A stretch of 64,000 nt of DNA from Squalus acanthias (Eukaryota), in contig CM059452.1 of the NCBI GenBank assembly GCA_030390025.1, positions 8,618,001-8,682,000 on the forward strand. The letters run 5' to 3'. The notes beneath the pieces were generated by a model, which ran no database searches, was not told the origin of the DNA, and saw nothing but the letters and a program-made list of their open reading frames with translations. The position numbers were made by a program, and so were the translations under genes. Numbering within the stretch: position 1 is the first letter of the stretch; each line of letters opens with the position of its first letter. Positions 27,095-39,657 of this stretch are shown here, in pieces.

Positions 27095-27400
27095 AATGGT
27101 GTGACTGCACCAGTCTCACAGAGGAACAAGTATTTCGGTAGGGAAGTGGAAAAATTATGTATCCAACGATCAGATTTGTGTTCGAAGTGATTGATGTAAT
27201 TCGGGTGAGGATATGTTCAGTTCTTTGTTGTACATGAAAGAACCACGTATTCCAAACATTACACTTGTCTCTTCTAAACCCAGTAATATGCTCGCTTTAT
27301 ATCTTTGAGAGGAAGATTTCCCATCGCCAAAGGAACATCAGTAACCCTAAGATACATTCAGGCTTCTCTTGGTGAAGTTCAGCTCTTTGGTTATGGATAC
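27095..27400 (+). pseudogene. Possible highly decayed V relic
   Basis: ttcag|NGVTAPVSQ.. and LRGRFPIAKGTSVTLRYIQAS..(EDSAL-like) in different frames; no clear RSS. Confidence 0.3.
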
Positions 27401-27683
27401 CGTAGGGGTTGAAATGACCCAGAAAATGAGGAGGCGCCATACTGATACAAATGTAGTAAACAGGCTGCTTCATGTTTGGAAGTAGACCATCACAAAGATG
27501 AGAATGTCGTACAGCATCTTTCAGGCCCATCTGTCTAACCAACCAACCATCCATCCATCCGTTCATCGGTCTATTAATCAAAATATTCAGTCATCCAACT
27601 AACCATCCATACCTACATCCATCCACGCCAAAATGCATGTTTATCCATTTCAGGATGTATCCTGTCTCGCAGGTGATCCGTCC

Positions 27684-27715
<32 letters not shown>

Positions 27716-29254
27716 GTCTGTCTGTCACAGGGTTGTAATGTGCTGGACAGACCCTCCAGCCGACTGCTGCTACTGGAAGAGTGTCTGAGACGCTGGATAT
27801 ATTTCCTTTCCTGAGAGATGGAAACAGTTCATGTGGTTACACAATTAAAAAATGAAATAACTCCAGTATTGTTGCTGGGTAAATTTGTTTATAAATAGGC
27901 CTCTTTTACCATGTGAAGGGGTTGAGGTTGGCTTTCAGCCAAGCAGTCAGTAGTGAGGAAACAGATCTTTGATTCACTGCACAGAACCCCCAGATGCTTC
28001 CTGTAAATGACATTGGGTGTTCGAGCCTCCATGACGGCAGTCAGCTGGGTTGCTGCCAAATACTGTGTGGGGCAGATTAGCGTGAATATGAATTGGGGAT
28101 CAAGATGGGATTTAACTATTTAAACATTCAATTATTCAGTAGCGCTCTTTCAAGAAAAAGAATTTTACTTGGTGTAACCTATAAAGAATGATTTCATCTA
28201 AATTCCGTGCTCACAATATTATAAAATAGGATCAGAAAAATTCATCCATATTTTATTTAATTAAAAGTATTGCCAAATAAAGATAATTCTAGATATTTCA
28301 AACCGTTTATTCAGTACTGCACGAAGTGCTGGAGAGAGATTTTAATGAGCCGATACTCACAGTGTAATGAGATCAGTGGGAATCGCAAAGGGAAAAAAAT
28401 AGGTGGAATTGCCTTGAACCCGCTGCATTTCCTTCAATATTCTCACAGAGTTGTGAGCTTCATTGAAACTCAGGGCCCCCTTATCACTGATCAGCAGCCG
28501 CGCACTGTGCAGTTTAATTTGTGCTGATTTGGATTCCTTAACAAGCCTTCTCAAAAAACGGCTGCCAATGGGCAGAGAAATGGCCAGCTTGTGATCTGTT
28601 TCAGCGGGAGATGAAGCATTCATTCTAGTAATATTCTTTAATATACCGCTATGTCCTGATATACTGTTTTCCTGATACCAGTGTATTTTGCACAGTCGGT
28701 CGCTTTTAAATTAGCTGCAAGGATTTGGATGCCGCGGTTTCTGATCGCATTATCAGTTCTGATTCACCAGCTTCTCTTTACCAAAAGCTGATCTGAAGCG
28801 GGCGGGCCCCACATTCTTATGTGTCTCCGTCAACTCACTCCTTAATATCAGGCAAGCGAATTTAGTTTAAACCTAATTTTATAAAGGACTGTCTTAGGGT
28901 CACAGACTCAGGGGCAGTTAGAGAAATGCAATGAGAGACACTTGTATAATGTGAGGGCTTTCTACTCATCTCCGGATCCAAATCGTGTAGCTATAGCCAT
29001 CCACATTGTAAATAGAATCACATCACCCATCTCCCGCATTCAGATAAATAGACCTAAAGCGATTCATAATATAGGGGATACTTTATTGGTACAGAATAGA
29101 TAGCGGGAGATGGAGTCACACATACTGGCAGTCTCTTTAGACCCTGATAATGTAATTTAATCTGAGAGATTCACATCTCCTGTGAAGCAGTGAGGAAATA
29201 AAGGGATTTAATTGACAGTCCAGATGTGAGTCCATTCTGTTGGTGATGTGGAGG

Positions 29255-29338
29255 GTGTGACGTGGATCCAGTAGCCGCCTCTATCAGGGAATCAATAGGC
29301 GGCGCCTGTAACCTCGCCCCCTTCTACCGGGTATTTAA
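29255..29338 (+). promoter_or_regulatory. IgH promoter: CRE-like TGACGT (29258) and TATA-like TATTTAA (29332); no octamer seen
   Basis: Position 100-175 bp upstream of the leader ATG. Confidence 0.55.
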
Positions 29339-29430
29339 CGGCCGGTCACTGGGACCGCAATACAACAGTCCGGGAGCGGGTTTGCTCAGTGAGTTCTTGC
29401 CGGAACCATTTCCCACACATTGCCAGGAGG

Positions 29431-29476
29431 ATGAGGTCGGCGATTTCTCTCAGTCTGTTGCTGGCTTTCTTATCCG
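29431..29476 (+). CDS. IGHV: IgM VH leader exon (MRSAISLSLLLAFLS)
   Basis: 46 nt, phase 1, G|GTGAGT. Confidence 0.93.
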
Positions 29477-29603
29477 GTGAGTAGTTTTTATTGTCCAAGT
29501 CTCTCACTGTTACTGTCTCAGTGTTAGTCTCTCTCTGGAATGTTACAGAGTCAGGAATCATTTCACCAGGGTTAATTCTCGGGGTCTTTGATTGTTTTTA
29601 CAG

Positions 29604-29952
29604 GTGTCCAGTCGGATGTCGTGTTGACTCAGCCAGATGCAGAGACCGGGAGTCCCAGAGGCTCCCTGAGACTGACCTGTAAAACCAGCGGGTTCAATCT
29701 TGGTAGCACCTACATGTACTGGGTCCGACAGGTTCCCGGACAGGGGCTGGAGTGGCTGCTTGAGTACTACAGTTCATCGAACAAGAACTACGCCCCAGGG
29801 ATTAAGAGCCGATTTACTGCCTCCAAAGACACTTCAAACAACATCTTCGCTTTGGACATGAAGAACCTGAGAACCGAAGACACCGCCATCTATTACTGTG
29901 CAAAATACTACAGTGGGTACAGTGGATGGCGCCATGGTGACGGTGACTGCAG
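29604..29952 (+). pseudogene. IGHV: Pre-joined shark IgM VH-D-D-JH exon; J truncated and out of frame
   Basis: [58 protein letters not shown] + ATACTACAGTGGGT + ACAGTGGATGG + CG + CCATGGTGACGGTGACTGCAG|GTAAG; no RSS. Confidence 0.9.
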
Positions 29953-29994
29953 GTAAGAAACATTCACTCTTTCAGCAACTGTTGTATTTGTGCC

Positions 29995-31265
29995 TTTATT
30001 TTATATTTCTGTTTATTTCAATAATTCATTCATTCACTGAAACTTGGGTTCGGTGGATTCTGTATTGAGATTTTTTGCAATGTTTCATTTGATTCTGCTG
30101 CAAAGGGATAATAGATTTAAACAGTTTCTTCAGGAAAAATTTTGTTGAGGGATTGAGTCCCTGATTGATGTGATTTGGTGTTTATCTGCTGATGAGACTG
30201 TGCGCCTGGGTTACTTTAAATACCTAACGGTTGTTGAACTGTTTGGCGTTTCTACAATGTTTACTCTCGGTGAAATCTAATAGTTGTAGGTTTTCTGATC
30301 AAATGTAAACATTATGTGACTAAATGTGTTTGAAATAAGATTGCAGACAGAAAACAGAAAGCTTTAGCGGTCAAAAATAATCTTAAGATATTTTAATTTA
30401 TTTTTATTTGCGATATTTACATTGTCAGCTTTTAATCTAATGTTCACCAACGGTCATATTCAATACTTGAAATATTACTGTAATTTATAACTAAATAATT
30501 AACAAATTTGTAGCCTGAATGAGATTTAACTTAATATAAATAAAGTTATCATATGTAGTAATATCACTCAATATTACAACAATATGCTATATCAATAGTA
30601 ATTTATTAAACCTGATCCGTCTACTCACAATTCCGCTGTCATTATTTTATATTTTTGTTTATTTCAATAATTAATTCGTTCAGTGATAGATGGTTCGCTG
30701 GATTCTGTATTGTGATTTTTTTGCAATGTTACATTTGATTCTGCTGAAAGGGTTTATAGAATGAAGCTGCTTCTCCACAAAACGTTCTGTTGCGGGATTC
30801 AGCCCCTCAGTGATGTGATTTGCTGTTTATCTGCTGAGGAGAGTGTGTGCCTGGGTTACTTTGAATAAGTAAAGTTTGTGAAACTGTTTGGCGTTTCTGC
30901 AATGTTTAATCTCGGTGACATCGAACTGCTGCAGGTTTTCTGATCTGTTTGAAACTGTTTGAAAGTTGATTGTAGGCAGACAACAAGTAGGTTTTATAAA
31001 TCAAAAATCATTTTAAAATAATTTAATGCATGTTTTTATTTAAGTGAGAATTACAGAGTCAACTATTAATCTCTGGTTTACGGTGCTCACATTTAATAGG
31101 TGAAATGTTACTGAAATTACCAATTATATAATTAACAATTGGCAGGTTGAAGGAGAGTTAAATTAATATAACTCAAACGATTATAATGCGGTAATATTGC
31201 CCAATATCACTAAATATGTTGCAGTATTAATATTAATGTATTAAACATTATTCGCCTTCCACAAT
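29995..31265 (+). repeat. Diverged ~640-bp tandem duplication at the start of the J-C intron
   Basis: 29995-30635 aligns with 30640-31265 (e.g. tggattctgtattg, tgatgtgattt, cctgggttacttt). Confidence 0.85.
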
Positions 31266-31784
31266 TTTGCTGTGCACTAGTCACAATTAACCTGAGCGGA
31301 GAATTTTAGAGGCTGGAGACAATTTCTGATTATGTCTGAAATTATTTTAATAACAGCAGACTGATTCCACCGCAGTGTTCAGTTTAATGAGGGGTTTGAA
31401 ATTAATTGTTATCTCCCTGTTTCACACAGATGAATGACAGATTGTATTTAATTATGTATTAAATGCGAGTATAAATTGCAGTTTATAAATGTAATAAATC
31501 TGCCGGGATATTAAATTCTTACTGTGCAGCGGAAACCATGTTATTCCTTCAATATTATTTGTTGTTCGATAATGAGACAATAATCACTAAACTGATCTTA
31601 AACAGTTTCTAAGATCATAGACTGAGCGGTCGCTGGCAGTCAAAGAATTGTTCATATGATTCTATTTAAATTCACGGAAGGTGCAGACTGCTTAAGGCTG
31701 GTGACAGACAATTGTTGTCTGCAATTGTAAGGTACACATGCTTTGTTCTCTATCTATATATGCTTTGGCGATTCTGTATCTATT

Positions 31785-31872
31785 TACTTCACCTGAGGAA
31801 GGGGCAATCGATAGCTCCGAAAGCTTGTGATTTCAAATAAAACTGTTGGACTATAACCTGGTGTTGTGCGAC
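31785..31872 (+). mobile_element. Penelope-like element 3' remnant
   Basis: cttcacctgaggaagg...ctccgaaagcttgtgatttcaaataaaactgttggactataacctggtg; family assignment from memory. Confidence 0.5.
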
Positions 31873-33644
31873 CTCTCAATTTTGACAGACAAATAACCCA
31901 TTGATATTCAAGCAGATTAATTTAATTATAAAAGGTTAATATTAGTTTTGAATTTAATAACAACATCCTGTCTCCCATTGCTGTGCTGTATACGGGATAG
32001 AATTATAGACCGTGAACAGATTACATCTGAGAGTTATGTTTAATTCTCATTAATGTTAAATTGATCAACAAAATCTCTCCTCCATTTGCTCATTAAATTT
32101 CAGTGTCGCAGATGGTCTGATTGATTTGTTCTCCGCCAGTTTTACACTGATCATTCTGGAACTTATTTCCAATAAATAGCAGAATATATTTAATAATTAA
32201 TTTACGAGCATTGTGTGAATTACGGGAGTAAAGTATAAAAAGATTGTTTGTGTTATTAAATAGCGGAGTCTCTGTTACTGACTGCAAACTGGCCGGTTGT
32301 CTTTTAATTCACGAAAATAGTATTTAAAGTTAAGATTGAGGACAGTGTTTAAACTCGAGACCCTGCTTTAGTAAACATACGGTGTTACAGTCCATCGGTA
32401 GTTAGTGAGATGTGACCACGGCCAGACTTTGAACTATTTAAAATAATCCACTCCTAAATCCATCATGTGAAATCCACTCTGAGAAAAGATGGAGTTTATG
32501 TTGTATCAGAGAGTTCAGGAACATGCAGAGTTTACAAGTGTGTAGATAGAGAGCGGGAATGTATTAGAAGTTAGTGACCATTTTAACTTATTCAAATGTG
32601 ATTTGATTTAAATAAAAATAATATATTTGTCTGAATGTCTTTATTTATTAATATGATTTTTAATATTTTAATATTGATAAGTTTCATGTTAATTTACTTG
32701 AAACCCTATAAGTTCAAAAGTTACCAGGCAGAAACAGGATTAAAATTAATATCAACCAATTTTAATACAATGTAGCTAACATCAATATTAACTTAGAATA
32801 TAATGTGAGTGCGAATTAATTAAACATAAATGACCTCCCACAATTGCGTTGTATACTGGACAGGATTACAGTTACTGCAAAATCTCAAGTGTTGGAGAGA
32901 ATTTTAAATTATGTCTAAAATTAATTTAGAAACAATACATGTCTTACTCAGCTGTGCTCAGCTCGAGAAGGTGTCGCCGCAGATTTTAATGAATTAACTT
33001 CGTGTTTTGCCTCGATGATTTTACCGGTTATATTTAATTATGAAATTATATTAACCCAGTGGGTAATCGGTTTTCAATGTAAATGTCTCCTGGTTTGTTA
33101 AATTCTTGCTCTGTCACGGAGTCCCTGTTATATGCAGCAAATTACTCTGGAATGTGAATGATTTCAGTAAACTGGTTTTCAGGGAAGCTAAATCTTATTT
33201 GTTTGTAAGATTGTAGACAGAGGGGGAGAAATGGTTGGAAGTCGAAGAGAGTTTTTCAAATTAATATCAGTTTAATTTCAAAAAACGTGCAGACTTGAGG
33301 TGGTCGGAAATTGACAAGAGAGCAATTAGAAATCAGCTTCATTGAAATTGACAGATTGAACAGATCTATCTGCTGAGAGCACGATTGTTGCACCGTATGT
33401 GTCTGTTCTGTTTCTGTGCGCCTGCTCACTGTGTGAGAATCAGGAGTCCTCCTGACTGGTTGTAAACCTGCTGGTTTTTTCTCTTGTGTTTCATGGAGTA
33501 CAATTCGAAGCATTTATTTTAGAAGCTTGTATCTGTGAGAAATGCGATAGTTTGACTTTAAGTTTGAGGAGGCGTCTCAGAAATTGGATCAGTAACACAG
33601 TTTGTGACAATCAGAAGGAGCATTTCAGAAACACTTCTGGCAGA

Positions 33645-34345
33645 CTGTAGAAGGAGCTTTAATCAGTTTCTAACCCGTGCCGTATCTGACCTGGGTGTGT
33701 TTGATGGGACAGTGTAGAGGGAGATTTACTCTGTACTTAACCCGTGCTGTACCTGCCCTGGGAGTGTTTGATGGGATAGTGTAGAGGGAGCTTTACTCTG
33801 TATCTAACCCGTGTTGTACCTGCCCTGGGAGTGTTTGATGCGACAGTGTAGAGGGAGATTTACTCTGTACTTAACCCGTGCTGTACCTGCCCTGGGAGTG
33901 TTTGATGGGATAGTGTAGAGGGAGCTTTACTCTGTATCTAACCCGTGTTGTACCTGCCCTGGGAGTGTTTGATGCGACAGTGTAGAGGGAACTTTACTCT
34001 GTACCTAACCCGTGTCGTACCTGCCCTGGGTGTGTTTGATGGGACAGTGTAGACGGAGCTTTTCTCTGTCTCTAACCCGTGCTGTTGTGCCCCGTGAATC
34101 TTTGATGGTTCAGTGTAAAGGGAGAATTTACTCTGTATCTAGCCCATGTTGTACCTGCCCTGGAAATGTTTTATTGTGAAATGTAGGATGGAGCTTTGCT
34201 CTGTATTTAACCAGTCCGGTGCCTTACCCGGAGTGTTTGAGAGTGCTGTGCAGACTTGGCGTTGCTCGGGATCAATCCCTTCCTATACCTGAGGGTACAG
34301 CGGATGGCAGGACAGTGCAGAGGGAGCTTTACTCTGTATCTGTAC
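33645..34345. repeat. 67-bp minisatellite (about 9 copies plus a partial)
   Basis: gtgtagagggagctttactctgtatctaacccgtgctgtacctgccctgggagtgtttgatgggaca; starts at 33712, 33779, 33846. Confidence 0.92.
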
Positions 34346-35099
34346 TGTAACAGATCTGTGAGTGCTTTGTCCCGTGTTGTTCAAGGAACCTTAATGTGCG
34401 TCCAACTAATAAAGTGTGAGTTTCCGCACCAGATATATAAAAATAAAACTTTCCATTGCTCCGATGAAACAACCACGCATTAATTGAGTTTAACCTTATT
34501 GCAAATAAAACTGCCCAATTTTTAATGAATTAATAAACTTTAAGCATTCTGAGTATCAGATAATGATTGAATGAGATTGGCCTGATCCTGAGCTCACTTT
34601 CAGAACAAACAGTTTCAGGAAGTGACTGTAACGCTCCAGAAAGCAGCGCCTGTTCTGATCTGATGGGAGGCTGGAAGTTATTTTGACAATTTAAATAGAG
34701 AATGTCGAGACTCCCGCTCCAAATAACCATCATGGGAACATTATGTTTGAAAGCATTATTTCGTTCAATTGGTTTATTGAAAAGGTAACAGGCCGGGACA
34801 AACGCGTGTGAGGTGCAGCTATTGGACTGGGTCACAGCACAAGGCTCACAGTCACTGAGCCGCACCTCTGTGAAACATTTAAAGAGAAACAGTCAGCCTG
34901 CGATGAGTCGTCATTCACAATAAGCTTTAAGACACTGTGACGGGATCCGATTGAATCATTTGATTCAAATTCCTCAGTTCCTTTATTTTAAACATCCTCT
35001 TGCATTATAACAAACAATAAAATAGATCTGATAGAGGTGTTCAACATTATGAAGCGTTTCCTTCCATTAAATCGGGAAGAACTAATTCTGCTGAGCCGT

Positions 35100-36262
35100 G
35101 CAGAATCATAGAATCTCAGAGCACAGAAGGGGCCACTCGGCCCGTCTTGCCTGTGCTGGCTCTGAAAGAGCTGTCCAATCAAGTCCCAGCTTTTTCCTCG
35201 TAACCCTCCACTGAGTCCTCTTCAAGAACATGTCCAGTTGCCTCGTGCATTCCGGAACTTAACAACCCTCTGTTTGAAAAAAATGAGCCTCAGTTCCCCT
35301 CTAGATATTTTGCCAATTATTTTAAATCTGTGGCCTTTGGTTACCGACATACTCGCCAGAGGAAACCGTTCCTCCCGACATGCTCTGACAAAACCTCTCA
35401 CAATTTTGAACACCTCTATTAGGTCTCTCCTTAACCTTCTCTGCTCCAAGGAACAATCCCAGCTTATCCAATCTCTCCGCATAACTGAAGTCTCTCATCC
35501 CCGGTATCATCCTGGTCAACCTCCTCTGTACCCTCTTCAAGTCCTTGTCATCCTTCCAAAATTGTGGTGGTCAGAATTGAATATCCTACTTCATCTGATG
35601 CCTAACCAGTGATTTGTAAAGGTTTAGCAGGACTTCCTTGTTTTTCTATGCAATGCCCCTTTTACAATGACAAATATCCCACACACTTCCGTAACCACCT
35701 GATCAACTTGCCCTGCCACCTTCACAGATTTGTGAATAAGCTCCCCAGATCCCTCTGCTCTTGCATTCCCCACAAAATAGTACGTTAGATTATACTGACT
35801 CTCCCTGTTGTTCCTCCCAAAGTGCATCACTTCACACTTATCTGCATTAAATTGCATCAGCCACATGTCTGCCCATTTCACCAGTCTGTCTATGTCCTCC
35901 TGAAGTCCGCTGCTATCCTCCTCCCGAGTTACTACGTTGCCAAGTTTTGCATCATCTGCGAACTTGGAAACTGTACTCCCTATAAACAGGTCCAGGTAAT
36001 TGATATATAAAACATGAAAAGCAATGGTCCTAATACCGACACAAGTGGGACCCCACTGCATACTTCTCTCCAGTCAGAAAAACATCCGTTCACCACTACT
36101 CTCTGCCTCCTCTCCCTTAGCCAATTACATACCCAAGTTACCTCCATCCTTTAATGTGTTTCTATTTTCCGAATAAGTCTTTTATGAGATACTTTATAAA
36201 ATGCCATTTGAAAGTCTATATGTACAACATCTACTGCAACACCATCATCAACTCTCTCTGTT
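35100..36262 (-). mobile_element. CR1 RT fragment
   Basis: ORFs 35222-35540, 35624-36061 (SKFADDAKL). Confidence 0.88.
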
Positions 36263-38050
36263 ACTTCACACTGTAGACCGAGCTTTCAGTATCTGACCAA
36301 TACGCCGCAGGTGTTTGACTTATCCGCACAAACCAGAAGCCAGAGTTGCCCACATCAGCAGTCAGCATATTAGTTATTGTTTGTCCTTCCTTGCATAGAA
36401 CCCGCTGATAACCAATCGATTTAGAATGTTTAAGGATTGCCAATATTAGATATTTAGAGAAGAAACCTGTCCCGATGTTTAGATTATTTTCGGTACAAAC
36501 AGCAACAAGAAGTGACTGTAACGACCCAGAAAGCAGCGCCTGTTCTCTCTGGTGGGAGGGTGGAAAGTAATTTGGAAAATGCAATGGAGCATTTAAAGAG
36601 CATCGTTCCATATAACCGGCTTTGGGAATCGTATTTAATTCGGATTATTTAATTGAGTGAGTGGGAGGAGGAAAGTCAGGAGACATCCATTCAGTAGAAT
36701 GGGATAGAGCTCAAGTCACACTGCATCGCTCTTCCTCCAATTCTGAGAAGGAACGAGAGAGACTCGAATCAATCCCGATTCATCTAAAGCTTGAATCTTA
36801 GAAACCAGGCTGTGCAAAAGTTCCCAATTCAAATCTGTGCGTTAAATTATTCCGCTCACATTTTAAAGGAGACTTCAACCATTTATTGTAAACGTCCTTT
36901 ATTGTCATGGGAACAAAGAAGATTTAGATGAGGTCTGATAGAGGGGTTTGGAATTATGAAGGGTTTTATGAAGGGATTCGGGAAACATATATCCCCGAGT
37001 CGGTGAGTTGGTGAGTAAATGGCACTGATTGAAAATCAGCAGCAACAGAATGAAGGGTGTCGGAATTATTCTACTTTTCTACACAGGGGGCTGTTGAACA
37101 TGGGATGTCCTATCAGAAAGAGGGCTGCATGCAGAATCCACAATAGCTCGATAAAATTGCACAGTTGAGAAGATTGGGAATTGGAAGGTGCACGGGATTG
37201 GTGGAGAGATCTTTCAGAGGCGTGACTGGCCCAATAGCCTCCTTCTGTGCTGTAAAGTTGTATTATTTTATAATTCCGGTCATGCTTTATAAACATGCTG
37301 GGATTTGTTTTAAAGGTAATACAACTAGTAGATCTAGCTGTAGGAGTTGTGTGATGAGGAGAACTAATCCCACCGCTATTCAAACAAGTCTATCCCCTGA
37401 AAACAACAACTTGCATTTATATAGCGCCTTTAACGTAGTAAAACGTCCCAAGACGATTCACAGGAGCGTCAGCAGATACAATCTGACACCGAGCCACATA
37501 AGGAGATATTATTTTATTCTTTAGTATGGTTGGTAGTTACTCTGACAGTTGACCAAAAGCTTGGTCAAAGAGGTAGGTTTTAAGGCAGCATCTTACAATG
37601 GAGAAATGACGACACTTTGATATCATGGAATGGCCTGATTCTGTGCTGATAATAAGAGGCTGACAGCAAAAGGATGTAGGGAGGAGCTCAGTGGACAGAA
37701 TGTGAAAGAATCTAATGTGAAAGTGGTTGAGGATTGAGGGGAGTGTTCCATAACAAGGATCAAGAGCTGGAGGAAGTCCCGATACAATATTCCGGCATTC
37801 ACTCGGTATAAAGGGGCCTCATGGACAGAATGCCCCTTTCAGACTCCTGACTTTTCTTATGTACAAGACTGGAGTCACATGAAGGCATTTCACGTCGGGT
37901 CTCACAATTCACAGAAACTCAAATGCTGATCTAGGTTTTGATTGGCAAATGATGGAATTGTTCATTCTGTAGTCACATTTCGAGTTGTTTGGTTATGTTA
38001 TAAGCACGGATTACAGAGTCTAACTTGTTCAATTGGCCATTCTTTCCCAG

Positions 38051-38350
38051 CGACACAGTCTCCTCCCACCCTCTACGCCCTGCTCTCCTCCTGTGAACAA
38101 CCCAACACCGGCGGCCCCGTCACCTACGGCTGTTTGGCGATGGACTACTTCCCGGAAATCACCAGCCTTTCCTGGAGTAAAGATAAAGAGCCGATCACCA
38201 CTGGATTTAAGACCTATCCGTCAGTGTTCAACAAGCAGGGAACCTACACCCTGAGCAGCCAGTTAACTATCACCGAGTCAGAGGTGGGGAGCAGCACAAT
38301 CAACTGCCAGGTGCGACAAAGTGGGTCGGACTTAAGCATCAAAATGCTAG
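38051..38350 (+). CDS. IGHM: IgM Cmu1 exon
   Basis: [47 protein letters not shown]; cccag| and G|GTCAG, phase 1. Confidence 0.95.
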
Positions 38351-38379
38351 GTCAGTGTTGTGGGATACAGGGGGAAACT

Positions 38380-39215
38380 GTGAAAAGCAGAGAAGTTATG
38401 TTCAACTTCTATACAACCTTGGTTAGACCAGACTTAGAGTACTGTGCACACTTCTGGTCTCCATATCACACTTAGTGCACTGAGCACAGTTCTGGTCTCC
38501 ATCTCACACTTGGAGTGCTGAGCGCATTTCTGGCCTCCATATCAGATTTACAATACTGTGCACAGTTCTGGTCTCCACAACATACTTAGAGTATTGTGAA
38601 CAGTTGTAGTCTCCATATCACACTTAGTGTACTGTGCACAGTTCTGTTCTCCATATCACACTTACAATTCTGTGCACAGTCCTGGTCTCCATATCACACT
38701 TGGAGTGCTGAGCACAGTTCTGGTCTCCATATCACACTTACAATACTGTGCACAGTTCTGGTCTCCATATCACACTTAGTGTACTGTGCACAGTTCTGGT
38801 CTCCATATCACACTTAGAATACTGTGCACAGTTCTGTTCTCCATATCACACTTAATGCACTGTGCACAGTTCTGGTCTCTATATCACACTTACAATTCTG
38901 TGCACAGTTCTGTTCTCCATATCACACTTAATGTACTGTGCACAGTTCTGTTCTCCATATCACACTTACAATACTGTGCGCAGTTCTGGTCTCCATATCA
39001 CACTTAGTGTACTGTGCACAGTTCTGTTCTCCATATCACACTTACAATTCTGTGCACAGTTCTGTTCTCCATATCACACTTACAATACTGTGCACAGTTC
39101 TCGTCTCCATATCACACTTAGTGTACTGTGCATAGTTCTGTTCTCCATATCACACTTCCTGTACTGTGTAGAGTTCCGGTCTCCATATCGCTCTTAGAAT
39201 ACTGTGCACAGTTCT
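38380..39215 (+). repeat. CR1 RT fragment expanded into a 38/39-bp minisatellite (about 20 copies)
   Basis: [26 protein letters not shown] followed by repeats of ttagtgtactgtgcacagttctggtctccatatcacac. Confidence 0.92.
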
Positions 39216-39339
39216 GCTCTCTGGAAGTGCCAGGTTAGCGTGAGCCTGACAGTAAAGGGCCTGTTAAAATATAAGGACACTTTGCATTTCTTAATCATTT
39301 ATTTTATAAGGAATGTCATTAACATGTGTTCTTTTGAAG

Positions 39340-39657
39340 TATCGAAACGTGATATCGTCCCTCCAACTGTGATCCTCACCCTGAGTTCCAGTGAAGAAAT
39401 CACCAGCAGCAGGTCTGTAACCGCCGTGTGCTCAATCATCGATTTCCGTCCAAAGTCACTGACCGTGAATTGGCTGAAGAATGGACAACTCATGGATTCG
39501 GGCTTCGTCACCTCTCCCGTCTTTGAAGTGAACGGGAACTTCTCGGCGACCAGTCGGCTGACATTCACCGCCGGGGATTGGTTCGCCGACTCGGTCTATA
39601 CCTGCCAGGTCACTCATGAACGAATCCCCCAAAGCAGAAACATCTCCAGATCTAAGG
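39340..39657 (+). CDS. IGHM: IgM Cmu2 exon
   Basis: [44 protein letters not shown]; ttgaag| and G|GTAAG. Confidence 0.94.
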
